Source: an uncultured archaeon (GTDB taxonomy: Archaea > Asgardarchaeota > Lokiarchaeia > Sigyniarchaeales > SOKP01). Taken from it: a DNA stretch of 33,325 nucleotides. The notes below the pieces were generated by a model that worked only from the letters and a program-made list of their open reading frames with translations, was not told the DNA's origin and did not search any database. Of the stretch, positions 1-10,027 are shown in pieces. The DNA is taken from assembly GCA_964508365.1 (NCBI GenBank), contig CAZDTP010000046.1, forward strand, positions 1 to 33,325, in the 5' to 3' direction. Position numbers and translations under genes: made by a program. How positions within the stretch are numbered: the stretch's first letter is position 1; every line of letters begins with the position of its first letter.

Positions 1-142
1 CGTGAACGATAACTCCAACTATGGCTACTACCTGGATTACAATTTTTAGAGGTTTAAACTCTACTCTAAAAAATAGAACGGATAATACAAGGGAAACCAC
101 TAAAAATCCTATAACAAATGGTATTTCTTCAAACGTTTTTAT
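1..142 (-). CDS. 5' part of a probable membrane protein, truncated by the window edge; start uncertain
   Basis: Open hydrophobic frame ...FEEIPFVIGFLVVSLVLSVLFFRVEFKPLKIVIQVVAIVGVIVH runs off position 1; AGGTGA RBS-like motif upstream but no in-frame ATG/GTG/TTG (ATA only). Confidence 0.35.
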   Translation of the reverse strand, partial: MKTFEEIPFVIGFLVVSLVLSVLFFRVEFKPLKIVIQVVAIVGVIVH

Positions 143-160
143 TTCACCTTTTTTTATAGT

Positions 161-442
161 TTATAAGATTGGATTTAATAGTTGAAAATAATTCAGAAAA
201 TTTGAAAACGATATAGTCGAATGCATCCCCAAAGGGAATATACAAAAAAGCCCAAATAAAATAGCCGGAAATGCTTCGTATAACAACTTTTTTTGAACAA
301 TTGCTTCAGTAAAAATACGGGTTACAGCTAAACATATTAAAATCACGCCGAGTAAAACAAAAGTACTACTAATCATAATTAAATAATCAGTAGAAGCATC
401 CGGATAGACAAATTTTAAAATATCAAACAGTTGATCAAACAC
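161..442 (-). CDS. small hypothetical membrane protein (2 TM)
   Basis: 93-aa ORF, GTG start, two hydrophobic segments. Confidence 0.55.
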   Translation of the reverse strand: MFDQLFDILKFVYPDASTDYLIMISSTFVLLGVILICLAVTRIFTEAIVQKKLLYEAFPAILFGLFCIFPLGMHSTISFSNFLNYFQLLNPIL

Positions 443-733
443 CTTTTTTTATTTTATTTTTGATTGAAAATGCAATTAACGTGCATTTAAACTCTAAACC
501 AGCGTTTATTTATAAAGAAAAATTTTTAAAATCCTTTATATTGCCCTCTGATAGAAGTGTTAATTATGGCTCAGATGATAAATATACTAAAATCACTTCT
601 AAGAAAGTTTGAAAGGAAGCGTTAAGAAAGAGATTGTAAGAAAAAATTTAAGATTATAGGATTATAGATTTTTAGGAGAGGATTATAAAGTATAATCGAG
701 TATATTTATAAGGCTACTCCTCTTATTAATAAC

Positions 734-3214
734 TTGACTATGGAATTAATCAATTTTCTAAAAGAATTGTATAACGATACAACGATCAGTGATAATCAAA
801 TAGAACTTTTGGACGAGGTTCATATTTTAGATCTAAATTTAACAGATTTATGGGATTCACTAAGAAACAAATGGGGATTTTTAGATAAAAGTGCTTTAAA
901 TGTTTTCCATACGGCTGAAGATTACTATAAAAGAAAAAACGAGTGGAAAAAAATCGTTAAAGATTCTAAAAAGCTCTCAGATTTAGATTTCGTTTTAAAA
1001 TATGGAGGAAATTATCTTACTTCAATGCACGATGCAGGAATCCTCGACGAACAAACAATAAATTTTGAAAAGGATCACATTATTAAAAAACCTTATCCAA
1101 TTGCTCTAGAATTGGAAGGGAAATTTCTTGATTGGGGAGGCCAAAAAATATATAGTTTTAAGATTCATGAAGAACATCCTTTCAGAGTAAACCTTCACAT
1201 CAAGCATGAGAAACGTATTTTTCACGAACTCCTGCTATTTTTCAGTATTTCTGTTGAGAATCCCAAAAAGAAAGTGTTTTCTATAGAATTTATTAATAAT
1301 TTTTATCGATCATTAATATTGGCATATGAGATAATAAAGTTTCTTGAATTGGAGAATTATCGGAAAGCGTCAGTTCGTATTGAAGACTATACAACCTACG
1401 ATTCTTCAAAGTCTGATTTTTTTTTAGATTATTTAAAATCAATTCCATTTTTGTTTAATGTCTTCTTTATTGATTTGATAGGATTTTCTCTCGATAGCTT
1501 ATTCAATTTGCTCTCATCGCAACTAGAAAAAATACAAGAATTATTTACTAAATTCGAATTAGTAAACCAACCTGCAATTTATTATTCAAAATTTGAAGAA
1601 CAAATAAAAGAATTTATCGAACAAGGCAATCATTTATTCCAAAAGGCGGGAGATTTAATATATACAAGTAAGATTAGCGAAAAAAAATCTCTTAAAAAAC
1701 AAGAAAAAAAGCCATCATTAACGGAAGAAAAACTAATAGAATTATTCCAGCTAGAATTTGATCAAGATCTCCACGAAGAGGTTGATAATGCAGACATGGG
1801 ATTTCGAAGCTTACCAAATATTAATAAAAAGTATGGGAAAAGATTAGGGATATCTTGGAAGACCTTCAGTGATAAGGCGCTAAATATAATTAAAAGAAGT
1901 CCTCGATTTGAAACTCGTAAAAGGATGAAAAGTGGGGGTGGTCTGGAATTTCGTGTAAAACCAACAGAATTTGTAATCCTTAAGGAAAAAATACTGCCTG
2001 TTATGCAATTTGAAAATTATGAAGGCGAAAATTACGAAACTTTAATGGAATATGAGCAAGCGAAGATATTACACGAAGATGGAAAGATTGGAAAAGCGGT
2101 CGAAATATTTGAAAGATTACTCACATCTTATGATGATAAATCACACAAATATTCTTTTATTTACTGTGATATATGTTATAGATTAGGGCTTATTTATGAG
2201 ATACATGGTTATTTAGATGATGCCGTACGCGTTTATATAACAGGACAACAAAATCGGGCTTTAAGTGATCCTATATCCTATTCGTTTGATATTGCTTTGT
2301 TCAAGACTGATTTATTAAAGGGCAATTTGGGTAATTTACTGAACAAAATTACCGATTTGGAAAAAACTATTAAAAAAACCTTAAAACAAGATTTGATGGA
2401 ATTAAATTCAAAATATCAATACATCGATGGATGTAACCTCGAAGATTTGGATATTGTATACATACGAGATCTAAAGCGAGACATGACATACTCTCAAAAT
2501 CCAGTATTTCAAGAGGTCGTTCAATTAGATGAGGATTTATTGCATTTACAGGTACTCAAATTAGATTTAATTCGTAGAGATTATTACTATGAATCCCTAA
2601 GGCATTTAGAAATAGATACTCAAATCGATGAAATATATTTTAAACAATCTACTTCTGACCTCATGAGAGTACTTTTAGAACAGTCAGAAAAAATCCTTAC
2701 AGAAGTAAATAAAAATAAATTCAATTATGGGAACAAAAGTTTTGTATTATTTCGACTTTATAAAACTTTTTTTGAACAAGTTCAATTTGATGATAGAGGA
2801 TTTGATTATGGATATACGCCGGACACATTTTTTCCTTATTACTACACTAAATATCTATTTGATATAGCGAATTACACGTCACAAACAGAAAGGCACATAT
2901 TTGAAAGACTTGATAAAGGCGAATTTGTTTCGCTTGATAGTGAGTCTCAAGTGGAATATTTAATTAAATTTTGCGTGAGTAATTGGAGAGGATACGCCTT
3001 TGGAACGATTGGTTACAATACAATTAATATTTACAAAAACATGAAAACATTGATTGACCACGCAAAATACCTCGTAAAGAAATATGAGCTCATCCATTTC
3101 TATAAAATTATAAAGGAGGCACAACCTTGGATGGAAAAGATGGTGGAAAATTTTATAGTAGGCTATTATAAAATAGCCGAAAGAATAAAGAATAGGGAGG
3201 TAAGAAAACTATGA
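734..3214 (+). CDS. large hypothetical protein with central TPR repeats
   Basis: 826-aa ORF; TPR-like helices (YEQAKILHEDGKIGKAVEIFERLL; CYRLGLIYEIHGYLDDAVRVY); stop overlaps next start (ATGA). Confidence 0.75.
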   Translation: MTMELINFLKELYNDTTISDNQIELLDEVHILDLNLTDLWDSLRNKWGFLDKSALNVFHTAEDYYKRKNEWKKIVKDSKKLSDLDFVLKYGGNYLTSMHDAGILDEQTINFEKDHIIKKPYPIALELEGKFLDWGGQKIYSFKIHEEHPFRVNLHIKHEKRIFHELLLFFSISVENPKKKVFSIEFINNFYRSLILAYEIIKFLELENYRKASVRIEDYTTYDSSKSDFFLDYLKSIPFLFNVFFIDLIGFSLDSLFNLLSSQLEKIQELFTKFELVNQPAIYYSKFEEQIKEFIEQGNHLFQKAGDLIYTSKISEKKSLKKQEKKPSLTEEKLIELFQLEFDQDLHEEVDNADMGFRSLPNINKKYGKRLGISWKTFSDKALNIIKRSPRFETRKRMKSGGGLEFRVKPTEFVILKEKILPVMQFENYEGENYETLMEYEQAKILHEDGKIGKAVEIFERLLTSYDDKSHKYSFIYCDICYRLGLIYEIHGYLDDAVRVYITGQQNRALSDPISYSFDIALFKTDLLKGNLGNLLNKITDLEKTIKKTLKQDLMELNSKYQYIDGCNLEDLDIVYIRDLKRDMTYSQNPVFQEVVQLDEDLLHLQVLKLDLIRRDYYYESLRHLEIDTQIDEIYFKQSTSDLMRVLLEQSEKILTEVNKNKFNYGNKSFVLFRLYKTFFEQVQFDDRGFDYGYTPDTFFPYYYTKYLFDIANYTSQTERHIFERLDKGEFVSLDSESQVEYLIKFCVSNWRGYAFGTIGYNTINIYKNMKTLIDHAKYLVKKYELIHFYKIIKEAQPWMEKMVENFIVGYYKIAERIKNREVRKL

Positions 3215-3666
3215 CTCTTTATTTAATTAACTCCGAGTTAGATAGTTGTATTGAATTTAATAGTCAACCTTTAATAATAGATGGAGCCAATGTTGCTTTT
3301 GAAAATGTTTTAAGCGAGCAAAAAGCAAAGCTCTTAAATTTAACTTTGATGGAACAGTATCTTGAGTTAAATGGTGTTAGTGATTTTTTAGTGTTAAGTG
3401 ATAAGTCCTTACGCTATAAAATTGACAAGCAGAAGAAATATAACGATCTAATCAAATTTGATAAAAGATATTTCGAAACTCCCGGTGGAACTCAAGCTGA
3501 CTATTTTATTTTACAGCACGCGTATAAATGCAATGGATATATCGTATCTAATGACAACTATAGAGATTTTTATGCTATTTACGAGAAAGACTGGATCATA
3601 GAACATAGGATCTCATTCTGTATAATTAATAATGAAATTTACCTTGACAAATTAATATGTAAATAA
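3211..3666 (+). CDS. NYN/PIN-fold ribonuclease, Zc3h12a (Regnase)-like
   Basis: Motifs IIDGANVA, DYFILQHA, IVSNDNYRD match the acidic PIN/Zc3h12a-type active-site pattern. Confidence 0.8.
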   Translation: MTLYLINSELDSCIEFNSQPLIIDGANVAFENVLSEQKAKLLNLTLMEQYLELNGVSDFLVLSDKSLRYKIDKQKKYNDLIKFDKRYFETPGGTQADYFILQHAYKCNGYIVSNDNYRDFYAIYEKDWIIEHRISFCIINNEIYLDKLICK

Positions 3667-3685
3667 AATAGCAGGTGTTCTTCAA

Positions 3686-4279
3686 ATGCTAGATTTTAAA
3701 CATGTAATAATCGGACAGAAATAAGCTTAAAGACTAAAAAAGCAGCATAATGAGATTAAGATAAAGTTAAAGGAACTGATAAAGAGAGTTAAGCGAAGCA
3801 CTGAAGAGGAAGCTTCCACGCAGTTCAAAGTATTAAAATTTTAGTCTAATGAAATAAATCAGAAATTTAAAATAGTTAATTCTCAAATCAGAGAACCTTA
3901 TAATTTCTTTAAAATCAATTCTCAAATCAAAAACATAAATAATTACATATCAGAATTAAATAAATCGTTTAAAAGAAAGGAAATAGACATCAATACTCGT
4001 TTGATTACTTTCAATTATTATAAAAGTCAATTAGATGGCTACGAAAAAAGTTTAAGGAGAATAAGGATAGTTGCTGAAGATTATTTCTTTTACTTAAGAA
4101 ATCAAAAGATTGAATTAATGGCTGACGATAGCATAAAGAAGAAAAAAATGTCAAGAAAAAAAGTTAAGAGGGAAGAATACGAGGCTTTTAAAAAAGAAAA
4201 TTCTTTAAAAAAAGATATTAACCGAGAGGTCCTGTCATTTTTAACGGAAATTATCCTTAAGTATAAAGTCAAAAAATAG
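3686..4279 (+). pseudogene. probable pseudogene of a basic coiled-coil protein
   Basis: ATG 3686 after GCAGGTG; one frame continues to TAG at 4277-4279 but has in-frame stops TAA 3722, TAA 3728 and TAG 3842; ORF 4001-4279 is its 3' part. Confidence 0.45.
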
Positions 4280-4400
4280 AAAATTGACAAATAAGTTTAT
4301 AAATAAATTGTTCTTATTTTTCCACAACAAAAATCTAAATCTACAATAAATATAATATTTAAAGAACAAAAAGTGTAAAATTATTATAAACTATAAAAAT

Positions 4401-5075
4401 ATAAAATCAGAACTGAAATATCTTGTCATACTTTTCGTACTTTTTTCATTCTTTTTAGTTCCAATCACTAATGTTCAAGCAACTTCATCAACACGATATT
4501 ATGCCGGTTATTATGGTCTCAACATTCCTGATGGTATTAAAGGTGATATCTTCACAATAGATTCTTCAGTACCTTTAAATGAATTTTTCGCAGAATGGGT
4601 TTGTGTAATTATAAGTTATAGCCCTCATTATTGGGTTCAAGTTGGATATTTCCAACATTGGAATTGGTTTTGGTTTATCCCCTATGTAACTTTGGATTTC
4701 TATTTTGAAAGGATGCATTCTTCTGGCCATACGCTTAGATATTCTTTATTAAAACCTTTGGTTGGGCATACCTACACATATGAACTTTATTATAAGATAA
4801 TAGATTTAAATATGTGGCATTATACAATACGTGAAGGACAAAATTTCATTTTCGGGGGTGATATTGCAACTGTTCCGTCTACACACATAGATCTACAAGC
4901 GTTTGTTGAAACTACTGTTACTAGTATACCAATCGATGGGAGTCATTTTACCAATTTAAAATACTTTAATGATCCAAACTGGTACCTTTGGAGTGGACAT
5001 TCGCCTTACGATACAGGTCCTTATTCTGTTCAGCAAATTTCTCATTATGAGTTCTATGCTAATGGAGGTGGTTAA
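4401..5075 (+). CDS. secreted protein, possibly glutamic peptidase (G1 eqolisin / neprosin-like fold); start uncertain
   Basis: Frame of ORF 4692-5075 is open back to 4356 and encodes a signal peptide (LKYLVILFVLFSFFLVPITNVQA) plus YYAGY, EWVCV, WVQVGY and QAFVET motifs; only ATA/ATT starts precede the signal peptide. Confidence 0.55.
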   Translation: MKSELKYLVILFVLFSFFLVPITNVQATSSTRYYAGYYGLNIPDGIKGDIFTIDSSVPLNEFFAEWVCVIISYSPHYWVQVGYFQHWNWFWFIPYVTLDFYFERMHSSGHTLRYSLLKPLVGHTYTYELYYKIIDLNMWHYTIREGQNFIFGGDIATVPSTHIDLQAFVETTVTSIPIDGSHFTNLKYFNDPNWYLWSGHSPYDTGPYSVQQISHYEFYANGGG

Positions 5076-5077
5076 AT

Positions 5078-5680
5078 TTGAGAAAAAATTCTAAATCTTT
5101 TTTAATAAGTTCGGCTTCTTTCTTAACGATATTAATTTTTGCATCTGCTTTTTTAAATTCTTTTGCTAATAACATAAATACAATTGGTATCCCCCCAGAT
5201 TTCTATGGAACATCTAAGGAGGTCAATATCAACGAGTTTGCAAACTATGTGGAAAAAAATGAGATTGTCGTTTATTTACCTTCAGATCTTCCGAATGAAT
5301 TTGAAATAACTGCAATATATCTTAAAGAGAGCCCCTTTATTGCAATAGTTGTTTATAGTGCAGAGTCTAATAAGGATTATAAAACAGCAGAATTAACTAT
5401 TCAAATATCACCTACCGCATCTATTCCAACGTACACTGAATTATCCTCAAATATCGTAAATCCTGAATTTGAAACGGTATTTGAAATAAATGGTTGGCCA
5501 GTGTTAGTAAATGAAAGAGCTTCTTCTGGAGGTGACAGTAGTTTTATAGCAAAATACGGAGAATATACACTTTTAACCATGATATGGATTGAAGGGAATA
5601 CATATATTATAAATAGCCCTACTCTAATTACTGATGAAATCACAGTTTTAGCGGAGAATATGAGACTTATAGGGAATTAA
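5078..5680 (+). CDS. membrane-anchored/secreted protein, DUF4367-like
   Basis: 200 aa, TTG start after GGAGGTG RBS; N-terminal TM; VYLPSDLPNEF and EING-like motifs. Confidence 0.65.
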   Translation: MRKNSKSFLISSASFLTILIFASAFLNSFANNINTIGIPPDFYGTSKEVNINEFANYVEKNEIVVYLPSDLPNEFEITAIYLKESPFIAIVVYSAESNKDYKTAELTIQISPTASIPTYTELSSNIVNPEFETVFEINGWPVLVNERASSGGDSSFIAKYGEYTLLTMIWIEGNTYIINSPTLITDEITVLAENMRLIGN

Positions 5681-5786
5681 AAAAATTCTTCTGTAACAAA
5701 CAATAAATAATAATTTTTTTTTTTTAATATATAAATGCTATTTTAATTTATTATTTTTTATCGTAAAATATTTGAAATGAACTAAT

Positions 5787-6041
5787 ATGAGAAAAAAAGC
5801 ATTAGGAAAAATCTATATAATTGTTGGAATTTATTTATTGATTATTAATCCTATTAGTCCATTGATATTTACTCCAATATATTCTATTGCATTCTCTATT
5901 CCATTCGATCCATTAGCATCATTAGAAAATTGGCATATATGGTTAATGACATCTGGCTTGTTTGTAATATTACTTGCTGGAATTGGAGTATATTTAATTA
6001 TCATTGGTTATCGTTATATAGTAAGATTATCACAAGATTAG
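5787..6041 (+). CDS. small membrane protein (2 TM)
   Basis: 84-aa ATG ORF with basic N-terminus and two hydrophobic helices. Confidence 0.65.
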   Translation: MRKKALGKIYIIVGIYLLIINPISPLIFTPIYSIAFSIPFDPLASLENWHIWLMTSGLFVILLAGIGVYLIIIGYRYIVRLSQD

Positions 6042-6226
6042 TTCAAATCTTGATGTTAAAATATGTATTTTTTTTAACTTTAAACCAAGCTACTCATTTA
6101 TAATTTGCTTCTGAATAAACTCCTCGTTGTTTGAAAACGCCCTACAAAAATGAAATATTATTTAAACATAAGTAATAAAAAAAAAGATTTAATAATTCTA
6201 ATAATCTTCGAATAATTATTATTAAA

Positions 6227-6424
6227 TCAATACTTGATTTGTTTATTTAAGAACTGTCCCACCCTATTTATGAGAACATCTCTACGGACAAGATTACTCC
6301 ATTCGTCTTCAGAGAAGAGTTCGACCTCCTTGGCTTTTAATTGGAGCCCAAATTTCGCAACGATAGAGTAGGCACGCCTATAAAAGTTTGTAAAATCAGG
6401 AATTTCGTAAATCTCGTTTAACAC
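6227..6424 (-). CDS. short hypothetical protein or gene remnant
   Basis: 65-aa GTG ORF in an otherwise empty gap; no recognisable motif. Confidence 0.3.
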   Translation of the reverse strand: MLNEIYEIPDFTNFYRRAYSIVAKFGLQLKAKEVELFSEDEWSNLVRRDVLINRVGQFLNKQIKY

Positions 6425-6525
6425 TTGTTGTTTTAGAAATTGTTAAGCTTGTTCTTTTGCGTTAAAATGATATGGTAGAAAAAGTATTGTTTTACATATA
6501 AATTAACTATTTATCAAATCATAAC

Positions 6526-8025
6526 TCATTTCTCTTCTTCTGGTGCTAATTTAAATGTTCTTGAGAAAATTTTTCCATATTTTTCCGTTGATGCTTCTAC
6601 AAGTACATTAGAGTAAATTATATTGTCACTAGCGGTTTCTAAAGGATAACTAATTTCAATTGTTTCATATGGAAATAATTCTCTGATTGTAGTTATCCAT
6701 GGTTTCTTTTCAAAAAGTTCTTCGACGATGGCAATTCTAATCTTTAAATCTTCTAAGAAGTAACCAACAGAATTGGTTATCGAAATATTTAGAACTGCAT
6801 CTTCTTCTTTAATACTTTTTGAGACGCTTAAGAATTTTCTGGGACCTAATGGTTTCACCGTATCTTGTTCTTCTTCAGGTTTTGTTTTAACTTTTGGCTC
6901 AGCTTGCTCTTTAGAGTCTTGGACGATAAAAACTTTACGTTTTTGAATGTTGTATTGAGATACTTTTTTAAGTTTTGCTAAAAATAAGACAGCGTTTAAG
7001 TTGATAGCATTGTAAGGTTCAATTTTAATATATCCCTTCTTTGCGGCATCTTCAATAATTTCAGCCCCGAGACCTGTTCTAGCAAAAGTCGTGTTCTTCT
7101 TAGGACCACTACCAACAGAACCAATGGAAATGTCTGCATTTTCAGAAGTTAAATCTGTACAGAAATTACAACTTGAAGATTTAAATTTGTCGAGTTCTTT
7201 AATTGTATAAGATTTTTCAGGTTCACTATCATGGTCGTAATAAATGTGAAATTTGCCCTTATTTATGTCCATCTTTACTACTTTTGTTAGATCTATCCCA
7301 TCTTGTTCAAAAAACGGATAAATAGCCTCTGGAGAAAAAGAGTCCATACAGAACAAGCCAATTTTAAGAATGTGAGCTCGCATAAAATACTTTAACATCC
7401 CCGCTGGAGAACTTGTCATCTTATCAACAGCATCGATATTGCATGGTGTACCAACAAAAGCGATTGAACGATAACCTTCTCGTATTGCATCCATTAATGC
7501 TTCAACGGTTTGACAGTGAGAGTAAATCGAACCAGCAGCTTTAATAGCATCATCTTTATTTAATATGATTTGAGCTACGGGGTGCCAGGGATTTTTAGGG
7601 TCTTTCATTGAAACGATAGCAGCATCAATTAAATGTTCATCGAATAAATAACATAACAAGGAAGTCACAGTTCCTCCATCTTGGGCTCCAATCACTTCTG
7701 GAATATTTGTGTTCGATACATATCCCGTTTTGAATTCACCCATTAGTTGAATAGGATCGGTTATTGTTCTTGGGCATTGATTGTAACATATCCCACATCC
7801 TGTGCATTTTCCTATTAGTTTGGGTTGTCCTACTAAAGCGTCCCATTCGAGAACTGGACAAACAGCGGCACATGTGCCACATTCGGTACAAATTCCCGCC
7901 CGAATTATTTCTTTCATTAACATTCCAAAGGAGTCTTTTTTCCCCTCGAGTTTCTTTTGAATATAATCAAAAGAATAATCATATTGAGAAGATTCTGACT
8001 CTGGTTCAGCTGGATTTTCCGTCAT
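6526..8025 (-). CDS. FrhB/FdhB-family (coenzyme F420 hydrogenase/dehydrogenase beta) protein with N-terminal 2x[4Fe-4S] and C-terminal extension
   Basis: CTECGTCAAVC, CTGCGICYNQC, QDGGTVTSLL, FVGTPC, IGLFCM, CNFCTDLTSENADISIGSVG. Confidence 0.88.
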   Translation of the reverse strand: MTENPAEPESESSQYDYSFDYIQKKLEGKKDSFGMLMKEIIRAGICTECGTCAAVCPVLEWDALVGQPKLIGKCTGCGICYNQCPRTITDPIQLMGEFKTGYVSNTNIPEVIGAQDGGTVTSLLCYLFDEHLIDAAIVSMKDPKNPWHPVAQIILNKDDAIKAAGSIYSHCQTVEALMDAIREGYRSIAFVGTPCNIDAVDKMTSSPAGMLKYFMRAHILKIGLFCMDSFSPEAIYPFFEQDGIDLTKVVKMDINKGKFHIYYDHDSEPEKSYTIKELDKFKSSSCNFCTDLTSENADISIGSVGSGPKKNTTFARTGLGAEIIEDAAKKGYIKIEPYNAINLNAVLFLAKLKKVSQYNIQKRKVFIVQDSKEQAEPKVKTKPEEEQDTVKPLGPRKFLSVSKSIKEEDAVLNISITNSVGYFLEDLKIRIAIVEELFEKKPWITTIRELFPYETIEISYPLETASDNIIYSNVLVEASTEKYGKIFSRTFKLAPEEEK

Positions 8026-8240
8026 TTTCTATAAATCATCAAAAACTTTGTATTAGCCTAATTCAATAATTTGATAACTATGTTATGGTTATGGATTACA
8101 TATATTAAAATTTACTAAAAAAAGGGATATGGGTCTTTTTACACATATAATCGATCGTATCGAGGTCGATTCTTTTTTTGTATTTGTATTTTTATATTAA
8201 ATATTATTTATTGATGTTAAAAACTTGGTGTGGTTGAGGT

Positions 8241-9878
8241 TTAAGAATTAATTAACGAATCATTTAGAATCTCGATTTGAAAAATTTTGGCATCATTCCA
8301 CATTTCACAAGTTCTATAAATACCCCAAATATACCCACCATCCCAAGACATTCCAATACATCCCCCTGCAACATCATATATCCTCCCTACTATTTCACCA
8401 TCTTTTGTCCAAGCAAGAAGCATGTTTCCCGCACTCGACCAGAAATGTGTGCCATTCCATGTGAAAGGGCTATAAAGGTCAATACCAATTAAATCTATAG
8501 CCCTATGTATAGTTCCATTTTTATGTAATTCAAATAATTTAGTACCGGCTCTATTAGAAATATAAAGATATGTTCCATCAGTTGCTATACCTTGTCGACC
8601 GCCCGTTTCTTTTTCGGGAATTGGAAAGGAGTCATGAATGGTAACAGCAGTATCATTTACTTTGAACTTAACAATATTTAAAAGAGAATGATCTTGCGCC
8701 CAGAAATATTCCCCATCATAACATAATCCTCTTGGTCCGAATAGTTGAGAGGTATCAACTGAGTATTCGGTATAATTCGAAGTTGTTGTGTTTATTTTCA
8801 GTAGCTTTCCCGTTTCAAGTTTCCAAATGCAGCCATTAGCATATTCTAGAGCCCAACCAAAACCTAATCCCGCTCCTATTCTTCTAATCACTTTTCTAGT
8901 TTCATCAACGGGAGCATACACATACATGAATTGGTCTTCAGAGTCACCTGGCGTGTAACCTAAGACATTATGTTTAATGTCCGCATAACCAAGTTCTGGT
9001 ATGAAAATAGACCCATCACCAAAGTCATTGTAAGCACTGATAAGCGTGCTGGAATTTTGGAGTACTCGTATGGCAGTATAATTATCGAATCCATCAAATT
9101 TATTTCCTATTACAGTGGCATTTGCGATACCAGCAACCTGTACTGCTGTTAAATCGGTATTATTGTAATTGTAAAAATAGTTACCTTCAAGTGTAACATT
9201 AGAATCAAAAACAATGAAAGGTACATGCCCTCCAGCAAAGATGTTATTTCTAATTTCTACATCATAGTTGTATTGCTCAAGAGCTATTTCATGATAACCA
9301 TTTTGATAGAGTAAGTTATATTCGATAATAGGAGCTGATCTTTCCATGTAAATCCCTTCACAATTTATCCATCTAACAATTGAATGACTGATTTTTACTT
9401 TTGAATCAAATTGAGCAATTCCCATATTAGCGTATTCCACAATAACATAATTGAAAATTGAATTATTTGTTCTATATAATTCTATTCCCCCCCAATCGCC
9501 ATTTATTGGAACTTCAGCATCAGAAGTAAACCATATTTGTTCTGTTGAGCTTCCATTAGCTATTATTGTGCCTTCTACTACTGCAAATCCTATGTAATGC
9601 AGGGATTTATAATCTCGACATGGTTTGAAATTAATTTGAGTTCCAGGTAGAATCGTTAATGTAACCCCCTTTGGTACTAAAATGCTTTCATTTACAAAAA
9701 TATTGCCCGACCATGTTTCATCTTGAATAATCATACCCCCCTTAAAAACTGGCTCATTACTCTGATTTTCATCTCCCGAACGCACTAGAAAATAAACCAA
9801 AATAGAAGTGCTCACAATGCCGACAACTAATATTATGGGAATTAATATTTTTTTACTAAAATAAGCTCTAAACAACAT
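8241..9878 (-). CDS. membrane-anchored surface protein: right-handed beta-helix plus beta-propeller-like domain
   Basis: N-terminal TM; GTIIANGS...IWFTS...GDWGGI and repeated (I/V)xxN strands; C-terminal GLCYDGEYFW, GIATDGTYLY, FTWNGTHFW, GMSWDGGYIW blade repeats. Confidence 0.75.
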   Translation of the reverse strand: MLFRAYFSKKILIPIILVVGIVSTSILVYFLVRSGDENQSNEPVFKGGMIIQDETWSGNIFVNESILVPKGVTLTILPGTQINFKPCRDYKSLHYIGFAVVEGTIIANGSSTEQIWFTSDAEVPINGDWGGIELYRTNNSIFNYVIVEYANMGIAQFDSKVKISHSIVRWINCEGIYMERSAPIIEYNLLYQNGYHEIALEQYNYDVEIRNNIFAGGHVPFIVFDSNVTLEGNYFYNYNNTDLTAVQVAGIANATVIGNKFDGFDNYTAIRVLQNSSTLISAYNDFGDGSIFIPELGYADIKHNVLGYTPGDSEDQFMYVYAPVDETRKVIRRIGAGLGFGWALEYANGCIWKLETGKLLKINTTTSNYTEYSVDTSQLFGPRGLCYDGEYFWAQDHSLLNIVKFKVNDTAVTIHDSFPIPEKETGGRQGIATDGTYLYISNRAGTKLFELHKNGTIHRAIDLIGIDLYSPFTWNGTHFWSSAGNMLLAWTKDGEIVGRIYDVAGGCIGMSWDGGYIWGIYRTCEMWNDAKIFQIEILNDSLINS

Positions 9879-10027
9879 TTTTTCTTTTTAAGCCTTCAAA
9901 AAGAGTAAATTTGATTAAAAATTACTTTAACAATATCTTAACGATGTATTAAATACAGCATAATTTGGTTTTCTCCCCAAATTTGTATATTTTTTTTATA
10001 AAATTTATAGAAGAACATTTACCCCGT

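Noticed and set aside
3212-3214. Global reassignment of TGA (Trp/Gly/Cys code)
   Set aside because: TGA works as a normal stop here (ATGA overlap), TGG encodes Trp, and internal TGAs are confined to two genes.
3842-3844. Pyrrolysine read-through of the TAG
   Set aside because: The same frame also has two TAA stops, and no pyl context is present.
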